A stretch of DNA of 61,844 nucleotides, counting the filler, from Nemertoderma westbladi (lineage: Eukaryota; Animalia; Xenacoelomorpha), in NCBI GenBank assembly GCA_032718475.1. It is 4 parts of 4 records of this genome, joined end to end, with 100 filler letters (N's around TTAATTAATTAA, not from the genome) between each part and the next. Parts side by side here need not be neighbours in the genome. Positions count along the whole stretch, not along the records: positions 46,164 to 52,894 come from JAUCBJ010008248.1; positions 52,995 to 61,844 come from JAUCBJ010008541.1; 2 more parts are not named here. One strand, written 5' to 3'. The position numbers and the translations under genes are program-made. Shown piece after piece: positions 51,115 through 61,844 of this stretch (the stretch's first letter is position 1; each line of letters begins with the position of its first letter). A model generated the notes under the pieces. The model was not told the DNA's origin and did not search any database. It saw nothing but the letters and a program-made list of their open reading frames with translations.

Positions 51115-51767
51115 GACTTACTTATAACTTCGTCGGATTTAAAGCTGTCGAGTCGAAAATTAGTAGGCATCAATAAGACCATAAGTTTCGTTTTTTTAGG
51201 AACTTCCAGACAAATCCTCAGTCTCTCGCTAGAGGGCTACATGTCTACACATTAAATATCCTCACATTTTCTAATGCTTTAAACCCATTCTAGCTGAAAC
51301 TTGTACAAGACCATTAACTGTGTCATTCAAAGGGGGCTCATCCGTCTGCAGTTCTCTAGTCTGCCGCTAGAGGGCGAAATATCTCAAGGTGCAATCATTG
51401 ATTTCGCTGAAACGTACTTGTTAGATATGTGCCTAGAACACGTGCGGTGTGTTTGCCGGGCTAGGAATCAGTACAACCAGTTCCACCTCACCACTGTTCA
51501 GTATCAATACTAAAACGTCATAAGGTAAGTTATAATATTTCTTACAAATTGGGTCGCCTCCACGCCTAAAATATATTCGTTTTAAAACACAAATTTTCTA
51601 TTAATACCTGCCTGTGAACAATCCTCTGTGTGCCTTTGGGTTAAGGGGGGGGGGGGGGTTGGAAGCGAGCAACTTTCCCCTCTATGATTTATTTGCGGTT
51701 TGGTAAATTTCTTAAATACCCATTTTGTGATAGAATTGGTCAATTTTACTTTGTATCTCATTACTGA

Positions 51768-52894
51768 GCCTCGTGCAGCGCGAAGGCCTCACGAACGTGT
51801 GGTTGGTTGTAATGGGGTGCGTTTTTATTCAATGTGTGAAGTTTTATCTTCTTGTCTATAATCATGGAATTTTAGCGTGCGAAAAAACTATTGAAGTTTT
51901 AGCGCACGCAAAAACCTGTCTTAGTTTTAGCGCGCGCAAAAACCCCAACACAGTTTTTGCAAGCGCGTGTGATTATTCTTTAATTTATTTCGAATTCATG
52001 ATTTCGAAAAAAAGAACCAATCACAGCATGAGTGCAAAAACTGTGTTGGGAGGTTTTTGCGCACGCTAAAACTACAGTAGGTTTTTGCTCGCGGTAAAAG
52101 AAAGGAAGGATTTTGCGCGCACAAAAATTGTGATGTGAGGTTTTTGCGTGTGTTAAAACTAAAGCATGTTTTTGCCCACGCTAAAACAATATTTTGTTTT
52201 TGCACGTTATAAAACTAAGGCAGCTTTCTGCGATCAATAAATATACGGTACAGTGTAGTTTTTTTGCGCGCGGTAAAACTCCATAATTATAGACAAGAAG
52301 ATAAACATTCCAAAATTGAATAAAAACGCACCGATTACAACCCATCACAGCGTGTAGAATAAATACAACATTATGGAGTTTATGAATGGGAGAATCTTTT
52401 ATGCTCATTAGCGTGAGCTAAAATGAGATTATTACATTTTTGCGCGCGCAAATTCTTCAAAATTGTTTTTACTCACAGGTTTTTACTCACAGGTTTTTAC
52501 GCGAATTAATTATCATGAATATTAACACACCAAGTATGTCGATGCCCTTTGCCTTGCTGGGAACCTATCTCAACTCAAATATCGTCGTGACTTTACGTAA
52601 ATAAAGGAAGAGCTTAAAAGAAAAGCAAACAATATGAAAGTGCCACAAAAAGATGTTTTTAGAGATATATATCACGCTTTATCACTTTTACATTGTTATC
52701 GATCGACTCACAACAAGAGAGAACTAAAGGAGAGTGGGCAACATGGCAATAGAAAATGCGACGTAAAACTGCGATAGTAAATGATATAACTGCGATAATG
52801 GTGGTATTAATGTGAAGGTGAAAAGGTGTCTGTCAACAGTAATGAATATATAGATGATAGAGGTGATAGAACAGGTTCGTGGGGCCTTCGCGCT
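51768..52894. mobile_element. Unclassified inverted-repeat element
   Basis: AGCGCGAAGGCCTCACGAAC ... GTTCGTGGGGCCTTCGCGCT; inner inverted arms about 51805-51890 and 52262-52345. Confidence 0.55.
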
Positions 52895-52994
52895 NNNNNN
52901 NNNNNNNNNNNNNNNNNNNNNNNNNNNNNNNNNNNNNNTTAATTAATTAANNNNNNNNNNNNNNNNNNNNNNNNNNNNNNNNNNNNNNNNNNNN
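52895..52994. other. Assembly gap with artificial linker
   Basis: N44-TTAATTAATTAA-N44. Confidence 0.97.
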
Positions 52995-53019
52995 AGTGCT
53001 AAACAGACCTTTATTGAAT

Positions 53020-53555
53020 AATTGCAACCGGATGCTGAAAGGGGAATAGCCACCACCAATTTGGAGTAAAGGTCAACTAAAGCCTCTCCCTAGAAAAGGA
53101 GACCTCGGTTTACCAACAAACTATCGTGGGATCTGTCTGCTTGTTGGAGCTGCCAAAATATACAACAAAATTAGGCCTCACATAGAGAAACTGCTGCGTA
53201 AGAGCCAAAACGGATTTCGACCAAATAGATCAATAATAGCTCAGATACTTGCGCTACGAAGACCGATTGAGGGAATTAAGTCAAAGAATATCCCCACACA
53301 CCTGACAATTGTGGACTTCAAGAAAGCATTCAACTCCATCCATTGAGGAAAATGCTGAAAATCCTAAGAGCTTATGGATTGTTATATTGTAACACAGAAG
53401 CTCATGTACTCTTATCAGATAGGGAATCTGAGTTATTCTCAATCCTGGCTGGCATACTACAAGATGATGCATTGGTGCCATTACTATTCGTATTTGTACT
53501 GTATTGCGCAATGAGGACGGCCACAAATGGTGAAGATCTGGGATTCACACTATAA
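53020..53555 (+). mobile_element. Older RTE LINE RT fragment
   Basis: KGDLGLPTNYRGI, QNGFRPNRS, VDFKKAFNSI, KMLKILRAYG. Confidence 0.85.
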
Positions 53556-55676
53556 TCTGTGTTAGGTATTAATATATCTGGCTTATAAAAGTAAAGTACC
53601 TAATGTTTTCCTCTGCATTTAAAATCTGACGACTTATTTTTCCAATCCGGATCCGGGCCCCTATAGGATACTGGTACCGGTACTCATTTAACGGCAGATA
53701 TCAGGATATGAGCCCTGGCCCTTTAAAGCATTCATGCCGAAAGATAACTCTCAGGGGGTGAGATCGTGGCAATGGCCGACTTAAGAAAAGATAAAGATGT
53801 ACTTTTGATGGTGTATGTCCAGTCCATGTACAAATTATAAAACGTAATTAGTTTACTTACAGGCTTGATTTCAGACATTTCCATTGCCTCTTTAAGCGTC
53901 AATTACGTCCTGCTTCTATGACGTAGTGTTACGGCTAAGCCTAATAAGCCCAGGAAGTATGATGTACTGTACAGATATAGCAGTGCACTTCTTTCGACTT
54001 GATAAAAAATTATGAAAGCAAAACGTTTGTCAGTAAGAATTGCATCTTTAAGGACACATTCTAAACATCGACACATTATATACCACTACACACACATTAA
54101 AACTGACATCGAAAATGAAATCACCGACCCCGAAAACCCCCATATGCCCCATATTAATAATTTTAGTAGTTGGTAGGAAGCCATAGTGCCAAACATTACT
54201 AACCGATTAACAGACCACAGGCAGACATGTTTGAGCGGGAAAGTTCAAACTTTAAAGCAAATTATCTCCAAATTTCATTTTTAATTTTTCAAAATACTCC
54301 TCTTTCATTTTTCACTCATGTTCTATAATTTATCGTTCGTTTGATTCGTTCGGTTTTTCGAAGATGTTGAAAAACTACTTTCAAATATTCTTGAGAATTT
54401 TAATTAGTTTAATTATTTAAAATTATTTAATGAATTAAAATTAATTTAATTATAAACTAAAAATTACATACTCGGCTGGAGAGTTTTTGTAGATTCGAAG
54501 GTGCTGAATCCAAAAAAGTTGGTATAAAAAGTTTTACTAACTATAGTACTATAGTACTTAGTTTACTATTGAGGTTAGGGTTTTGGTGCCCATTACGGCA
54601 TCCTGCATAAAAAATAATTAATAAAAGGCAGCGCAGTGGGAGTGGGTGCCTGAATGTTTTACTCGACTGTTTGGGTTTGGCCTGCACTGATATATTTAAA
54701 GACAGTCAGCCAACGTGTATTGGACTCGGCGAGTGTGTCATGATGTGGTTTGCACAGTTTTTCCCTGCTCACTACACCTTCTTTCTTAGCCTATTTTTTT
54801 ATCCTTTCACAATAAAACAGTAAGTCATACCGGTACTATATTATATAATTTATTTGTATTATTATATTGGCATACATTTATAAGATATTTTTGGTGACAG
54901 TTTGTTGACAAAGTCTAGTTCTGATGCTGCATATTTAAGATTTGGAGTCAACTACCGGTATATGCATTAATGACGTGACAGTGTATCTCATGTATAGCAG
55001 TATTTGATCGCATTCATTCTGGTGAGTCAACTAAGGTTATCTTATATATGTATGTAGGCCTATATGTGTACCTATAAGGGGATATATTATATCCCCTACC
55101 AAGCTATAAATCCTTACCCGTTATTGGCCTATATACTATAAATATATATACCAATATACTTGTCATTTCTACCTTGGAAGTATATAGCGGGGTTCTAACA
55201 TCAGGTTTACTACTACAGTTTATAATATGTGTCATTCATTATATTGTTTTATTTAAAGTTTATTTCGAAAATATGTGATACCGGTATAACACATATTCAT
55301 ATGCAGCACGGTACTTACTGCAGAACTCCAAACAATATAATATTTTCTAGGGATTTATTGATATAAGTACCGGTATACAGTACAGTGTAGCAATATATGG
55401 AATTATAATAGATACCGGTAGGTAATAGATACCGGTAGGTAATAGATACCGGTAGGTAATAGATACCGGTAGGCCTATCCTACATAATATAATCGCGAAT
55501 ATCTTTATTTTGCAGTTTCTGTTCCTATAATTCAACTCCGGATCTGAAACAGATTATTGGCTCAACTTACTGTCCCTCCCTATATTCTGTTGCTTAACTG
55601 ATAAACCTTTCTGTGGCGCTGTGGCTCACCTATTATAGAATCGCCTACTTTGTGTGTGGCGTCGCGTTTTGCCACC

Positions 55677-55946
55677 GTGGCAACCTCATCTTCTGACTCG
55701 GAGCCACCTCACTCGGGCGGTCTCTCCTCTTCCCCACCCCGTAAACGTGTGTGTTACCGTAGCAACGCAATGCAGACAGGAGGTAGCAGTCGAGCCTCTC
55801 CCAATACGACCGAAGGTAACGGGGTTGCCGTGGCGATAGCCAATGGGGAGGCCGGAAGGGCGGGGTCTCCGGCTTCAGGGCAGCTGGTCGGCGGAGGTGC
55901 TGCGGCGGTTAAACTAGCTGCTAGTCGTGGAGCCAGTCCCATACAG
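55677..55946 (+). CDS. WDR26: WDR26 first coding exon (AUG at 55770; candidate GUG start at 55677)
   Basis: MQTGG... low-complexity N-terminus; phase-0 donor CAG|GTAGGG compatible with the next exon. Confidence 0.65.
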
Positions 55947-56331
55947 GTAGGGAAAAAAGCTCATCCAATACAGGTAGGGAAAAAAGTTCATCCAATACAT
56001 GTAGGGAAATAAAGCTCATCCAATGCAGGTAGGGAAAAAAGTTCATCCAATACATGTAGGGAAATAAAGCTCATCCAATACATGTAGGGAAATAAAGGTC
56101 ATCCAATACATGTAGGGAAATAAAGCTCATCCAATACAGGTAGGGAAATAAAGCTCATCCAATACAGGTAGGGAAATAAAGCTCATCCAATACCGGTAGG
56201 GAAATAAAGCTCATCCAATACCGGTAGGGAAATAAAGCTCAACCAATACATGTAGGGAAATAAAGCTCATCCAATACAGGTAGGGAAATAAAGCTCTTCC
56301 AATACAGGTAGGGAAGTAAAGCTCTTCCATA
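55928..56331 (+). repeat. 28-bp minisatellite built from the exon/intron junction
   Basis: AGCTCATCCAATACA(G/T)GTAGGGAAATAA, about 14 copies. Confidence 0.92.
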
Positions 56332-56668
56332 TCTCAGCTGTTTCTCAACGAAGTTCAAACATTGTTACATATTTGGAATCCTTGGAACGCAAGCTTTCCA
56401 ATGATATCTATAAAGCGAGGTTAATGTGAAGATTGGCGATGATGAAAGATGTGTGATTTCGCAAAAGACACTTTTTTAAAACGCTTATAAAAAAAAATGT
56501 AAATGCAAAATCGAAAATTCCGGCTTCATGGTAACAACCACGGTGAGTTGAACTAGTTGTGTTTCAAATTTCAAGCAATATGATAAAGATTTGTAGAAAG
56601 ATTTGGGGGGGGGGGGGGGGGGGTTCCGTGTCATCAGAAAATGACACTATATTACGGGTCATGGTGTA
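56330..56668. mobile_element. Single arm of a MITE related to 43450-44365
   Basis: Ends GACACTATATTACGGGTCATGGTG|TA. Confidence 0.75.
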
Positions 56669-56699
56669 ATATTTAGCCGTAAATTTGCATTTGGTTTAG

Positions 56700-56801
56700 C
56701 ACAACGGGATTATGACCAATGGCGTTGTTGCTGAGCTTCCGAAGAAGGAATTAACTAATCACGAACAGGAAGTGGTTCGTCTGATTGGCCAACATCTACA
56801 G
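56700..56801 (+). CDS. WDR26: WDR26 exon (start of LisH)
   Basis: TTTAG|HNGIMTNG...EVVRLIGQHLQ|GTTAGT. Confidence 0.85.
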
Positions 56802-57208
56802 GTTAGTTTGAATATCGAAGTCAATACCTTATTTATGTCAATTTTATCGTTGCTAGGAGCTGGATTTTGTTTATATCCTTTTTTACCGTTGCTAGGAGCT
56901 GGATTTTGTATATATCGGTGTTTACTAGAGTTGAAACAGAGACCTGTCACTGATCTCTGGATTCTCCGGACGGTTTTTTGGTCTCCGGATAGGTCTCTGG
57001 TTCCCGGGTATTGAAAACAGACATTTTACCCAGAGAGCGCTGATTTTACAAATTAGAAATAGATATTTAAAAATAGATCCTGTACAACACAAAATGTGAA
57101 ATGAAGATAATTTTTCACAAATTTTTTACAATTAATATTTTCTTTAATTTTTAAATATTTTTAATACTCTGCTTCAACAAAATTATATATTCAGTTTACC
57201 GTTGCTAG

Positions 57209-57648
57209 GAGCTTGGTATGACGAAGACAGTGGAACAATTGATGCAGGAATCTGGCTGTAGACTGGAGCACCACGTCGCTAAGCGGTTCCGCTCCTACGT
57301 TATGGACGGTGAATGGGACCGCGCCGTGTCCTTGTTATCGGAACTGCGGGCCCTGGTTGAAACCCCCGGGGCCCTGCTCACCATGAGGTTCCTACTCCTC
57401 GAACACAAATACCTCGAACTACTGGAGGACGGCCGACTCTTCGACGCCCTCTACTGCATGCGCTCGGAACTCGCGGCCATGAGGTTCAACACCGAACGCG
57501 TTCACACGCTGAGCGCGTTGCTCATGTGTCCTCGTGACTCGTTGCGCTCGGCCGCCCGTTGGTCTGGGAAGGGCCGCGAATCCAGGAAGAAACTGATGAA
57601 TCAGTTGCAGAGCTTCGTTCCGGCATCCGTGATGCTGCCTCCCCACAG
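57209..57648 (+). CDS. WDR26: WDR26 exon (LisH-CTLH)
   Basis: ELGMTKTVEQLMQESGCRLEH...FLLLEHKYLELLE...SVMLPPHR; phase-2 donor AG|GTAGGT. Confidence 0.93.
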
Positions 57649-57679
57649 GTAGGTGGAAGCTCAATTAATTATATACAAC

Positions 57680-57966
57680 TACTACTACTACTACTAGGAT
57701 CGGCATGCTGCATTGCAGCTGCATTTTTAAGAATGCTGTGCCGGCTTGTCAACAAAATTGCACCGCCACAACTCCCTATCACCCATGACATTTGCTAGAT
57801 CATCCGCATCTTTAAGGCCAGTGTCCTTTAAGATGCGTCTCAAGAAAGTCATGGGCTGTCCACCATGCTTATTCACTCCATGAGGCTGCCAAAGTACAAG
57901 ATTATGCACTGGCTGGTCCTCACGGCGAAAGCAATGTCCTGCAAAGCGGAGGCGATTTTGTTCTAT
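57680..57966 (-). mobile_element. Short 5'-truncated RTE LINE in a WDR26 intron
   Basis: (TAG)n tail; TSD ATTATATACAAC at 57668-57679 and 57967-57978. Confidence 0.93.
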
Positions 57967-58642
57967 ATTATATACAACAGTAAATAATTCCGTTATCTAT
58001 TGATATAAAAACTCATTAAGCAGACCTGAAGGCTGTTTAAAAACAATTGAGAATTATTCGACCAACGTTTTATAAGTCAATTGAAATCTACCCAATATTG
58101 TTTGCATGTAAAGTCAATCATTGAGGTTTTTTTAACTCAATAATTATTATTAGATATGGTTTTAAATTCAAGCTGAAACTTGGCAGATAAGAACTAGAAC
58201 ATGGGCCTCGTCTTGCTGATGACGCAGAACCATCTGCAGTTCTCCAGTCTGCGACTGGAGGACTGAAATGGCTTAAATGGTTAATTATATAGAGTAGGTA
58301 ATTTATCAACCTCTCGGTCTGGTGTTCCATCAGCTCAGAATATTTGAACGTCAATAACTCAATCCTCAGTAAAATGTAAGAGAACTTGATGCATATTGTA
58401 TTCTGTCAAAAAGTTCGGAAATTTTCTAAGGTATTTTACGTGGGGATTTCTCTATCACCCAATATCTTTGAGCGACTAAATAAGGGCGGCCACTCTCCCG
58501 CAGTAGAAGCGAATGTGCCTCGTGCTGCGCGAAGACCCCATGAACGTGTGGTATTACCTTATGAGAACTTAAGTATGAATTTTTTGCATCATTTTATTGT
58601 ATTTCTTCAAACAGTCCGTACTGCATATCATTGTATTTGCAG

Positions 58643-58793
58643 ATTGCAGTCACTACTGCACCAAGCTATAGATCTACAACGGGACCGTTGCCCCTACCAT
58701 AACTCCCGTCCAGAGACGGAAGCCCACAGCAGAGTCTCTCTCCTTACAGACCACGTCTGCACTTCCCGACAATTCCCTTGTAAAACACATCAG
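58643..58793 (+). CDS. WDR26: WDR26 exon (pre-WD40 region)
   Basis: TTGCAG|A completes Arg; [20 protein letters not shown]...[15 protein letters not shown]|GTTAGT. Confidence 0.9.
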
Positions 58794-59199
58794 GTTAGTG
58801 AGGTTGCTAAGCGACTGCAACTTTATTTAATTTATCTTATTGTATATAATTATTATATTTCTACCAGAAAAAATCTGGAATATCTAGTATTTAAACGGGA
58901 TCAGACTTTTCGGGATTTCCGGGATCGGGACCGGGATTATCGCTCTTGGTATCCCGTTTTTCGGGATCGGGATTGCAATTTTGGATTCAATTCCTTAAAG
59001 TTATTAGTAATATGTGGCGGGTTTTGGGTAACACTAACTTTATCTTACACTTCTGAAATATTAGTAAGATAAAGTTATATTAAAATTATTTTGCAATTGA
59101 TTACTGGATTGTTTACTGACATAAAAATTTGATATAATCAACACATTTCCGTTCTGCTGGAACTATTTATCAGATATTCAACAAATTGACTTTTTACTA

Positions 59200-59600
59200 T
59201 AAAGGCCCTTTGCCGACGACCTCATCCTATACTCCTATATCAGGATGTCTACGAAACCTGCACTTGGTATCTATTGAAACAGGATTAAAAATATTCAATC
59301 CTAAAAGAAATCGACATCATCAAATCAACATTTTTAAAGCGAAAAATGCATCATCAAGACATCAACTCTAGCTCACCATCTTTGCTACTGTAAGACTCCG
59401 ACCCAAGATATCTTAGAAAAACATTCCGACATCTTCCATGCCCCAGAGATAGAAAAATACAAAAGCTTGCGAATGGAAAGTGAGAAGTGATGACAATTTC
59501 ATAGCAACGAAACCGACATATCGTTACAAGAGTTACAGCTCGTGGATTCATCACTATGTCAAACTGCTATACCATTTCATGCGCGGTCACTATAGAGTGC
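59200..59600 (+). pseudogene. Highly decayed non-LTR RT fragment
   Basis: FADDLIL at about 59209 and ETGLKIFNPK downstream in a different frame. Confidence 0.3.
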
Positions 59601-60128
59601 ATACTGTAAATGTAGCGCTGAAAATGCATATCACGTCCTGCACTGTGAAAATGCGCCTGGGCTCTCATATTTAGCAAGAAAATACCCCCCCCCCCCCCCA
59701 CCCCCCCCCCCCCACCCCGATTCTGACTGTAAATATTTTATCAGCTTATCCCCCTTTTAATTCTGTAATTTTATATTTGTAAATATTAAAAAAAAATTCA
59801 GGCCAGAAAAAGTCGGGACATACTTGTGGGACATACTAATACAACCTTGTGAACTCAGTATCGTTTACAAAAGCAATAAATTATGAGATCACAGATGATC
59901 TATAATTTCGACGCCTCGTACTGTGAGAGTGTTGTGGTGTAGTGTGTGTATTGGGAGAGTTCTAGAAGTTTTCTTTTACTCTATACATACACCCTATCAT
60001 TTAAAAAATACAAACTACTAACTTTTTTTGGTAACGGCGAACAGTTTTGGTGTCATTGGACCAAAAAATTGTGTAATGTGTTCTTTACGAAAGACCATTT
60101 ATTTCCAAGCCGGTTTAGAAAAAAAAAT

Positions 60129-61844
60129 GGTATGGTGTGGTGAATGGAAAAGTGTATGCGTATGGTGAATGGTAAAGTGTATGCGTATGGTGAATGTTAA
60201 AGTGCATGCGTATGGTGAATCGTATAGTGTATGCGTATAGTGAATGGTAAAGTGTATGCGTATGGTGAATGGTAAAGTGCATGCGTATGGTGAATGTTAA
60301 AGTGTATGCGTATGGTGAGTGGTAAAGTGTATGCGTATGGTGAATGGTATAATGTATGCGTATGGTGAATGGTAAAGTGTATGCATATGGTGAATGGTAA
60401 AGTGTATGCGTATGGTGAATGGTAAAGTGTATCCGTATGGTGAATGGTAAAGTGTATGCGTATGGTGAATGGTAAAGTGTATGCGTATGGTTAGTGGTAA
60501 AGTGTATGCGGATGGTGAGTGGTAAAGTGCATGCATATGATGAATGGTAAAGTGTATGCATATGATGAATGGTAAAGTGTGTATGCGTATGGTGAATGGT
60601 AAAGTGTATCCGTATGGTGAATAGTAAAGTGTATGCGTATGGTGAATGTTAAAGTGTATGCGTATGGTGAGTGGTAAAGTGTATGCGTATGGTGAATGGT
60701 ATAGTGTATGCGTATGGTGAATGGTAAAGTGTATGCGTATGGTGAATGGTATAGTGTATGCGTATGGTGAATGGTAAAGTGTTGCGTATGGTGAATCGTA
60801 AAGTGTATGTGTATGGTGAATGGTAAAGTGTATGCGTATTGTGAGTGGTAAAGTGTATGCATATGATGAATGGAACGTATGCGTATGGTGAGCGGTAAAG
60901 TGTATGCATATAATGAATGGTGTAAAGTGTGTATGCGTATGGTGAATGGTAAAGTGTATCCGTATGGTGAATGGTAAAGTGTATGCGTATGGTGAATGGT
61001 AAAGTGTATGCGTATGGTGAATGTTAAAGTGTATGCGTATGGTGAGTGGTAAAGTGTATGCGTATGGTGAATGGTATAGTGTATGCGTATGGTGAATGGT
61101 AAAGTGTATGCGTATGGTGAATGGTATAGTGTATGCGTATGGTGAATGGTAAAGTGTTGCGTATGGTGAATCGTAAAGTGTATGTGTATGGTGAATGGTA
61201 AAGTGTATGCGTATTGTGAGTGGTAAATTGTATGCATATGATGAATGGAACGTATGCGTATGGTGAGCGGTAAAGTGTATGCGTATGGTGAATGGTAAAG
61301 TGTATCCGTATGGTGAATGGTAAAGTGTATGCGTATGGTGAATGGTAAAGTGTATCCGTATGGTGAATGGTAAATTGTATACGTATGGTGAATGGTAAAG
61401 TGTATGCGTATGGTTAGTGGTAAAGTGTATGCGGATGGTGAGTGGTAAAGTGCATGCATGATGAATGGTAAAGTGTATGCATATGGTGAATGGTAAAGTG
61501 TATGCGTATGGTGAATGGTAAAGTGTATGCGTATGGTGAATGGTAAAGTGTATGCGTATGGTTAGTGGTAAAGTGTATGCGGATGGTGAGTGGTAAAGTG
61601 CATGTATATGATGAATGGTAAAGTGTATGCATATGGTGAATGGTAAAGTGTATGCGTATGGTGAATGGTAAAGTGTATGCGTATGGTGAATGGTAAAGTG
61701 TATGCGTATGGTGAATGGTAAAGTGTATGCGTATGGTTAGTGGTAAAGTGTATGCGGATGGTGAGTGGTAAAGTGCATGCATATGATGAATGGTAAAGTG
61801 TATGCATATAATGAATGGTAAAGTGTGTATGCGTATGGTGAATG
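60129..61844 (+). repeat. 25-bp satellite running off the window end
   Basis: TATGGTGAATGGTAAAGTGTATGCG in tandem. Confidence 0.97.

Noticed and set aside
54640-55030. Possible WDR26 5' UTR exons (donors near 54820 and 55022)
   Set aside because: Plausible but unsupported without transcript data
58386-59072. 228-aa ORF as a single CDS
   Set aside because: Only 58643-58793 is WDR26 exon; the rest is intron read-through

Overview
AT-rich, repeat-saturated animal (probably invertebrate bilaterian) nuclear DNA. It contains three artificial 100-bp scaffold joins (N44-TTAATTAATTAA-N44). Host genes: the first coding exon of a dihydropyrimidinase (39921-40604, +) and four coding exons of WDR26 (55677/55770-58793, +). 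The rest is mostly nested mobile DNA: a BEL/Pao LTR retrotransposon (5' LTR, long leader, gag-protease) plus a diverged solo LTR, at least seven RTE LINE pieces, Penelope-like elements, two tRNA-type SINEs, Helitron Rep remnants, hATm, Kolobok, pogo, IS3EU-like and EnSpm-like remnants, several MITE/foldback elements with clean TSDs, and minisatellites. Most notable observations: (1) a tRNA-like Pol III unit (A box, B box, T6 terminator) whose anticodon/variable region is replaced by a minimal hammerhead ribozyme (9388-9496, -); (2) a GUG start in perfect Kozak context giving WDR26 an NLS-like N-terminal extension; (3) a repeat carrying a phased array of CTCF-like motifs with the upstream module; (4) a duplicated structured RNA module and a non-TGG primer site in the BEL leader. 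All calls are by eye; no searches were run.
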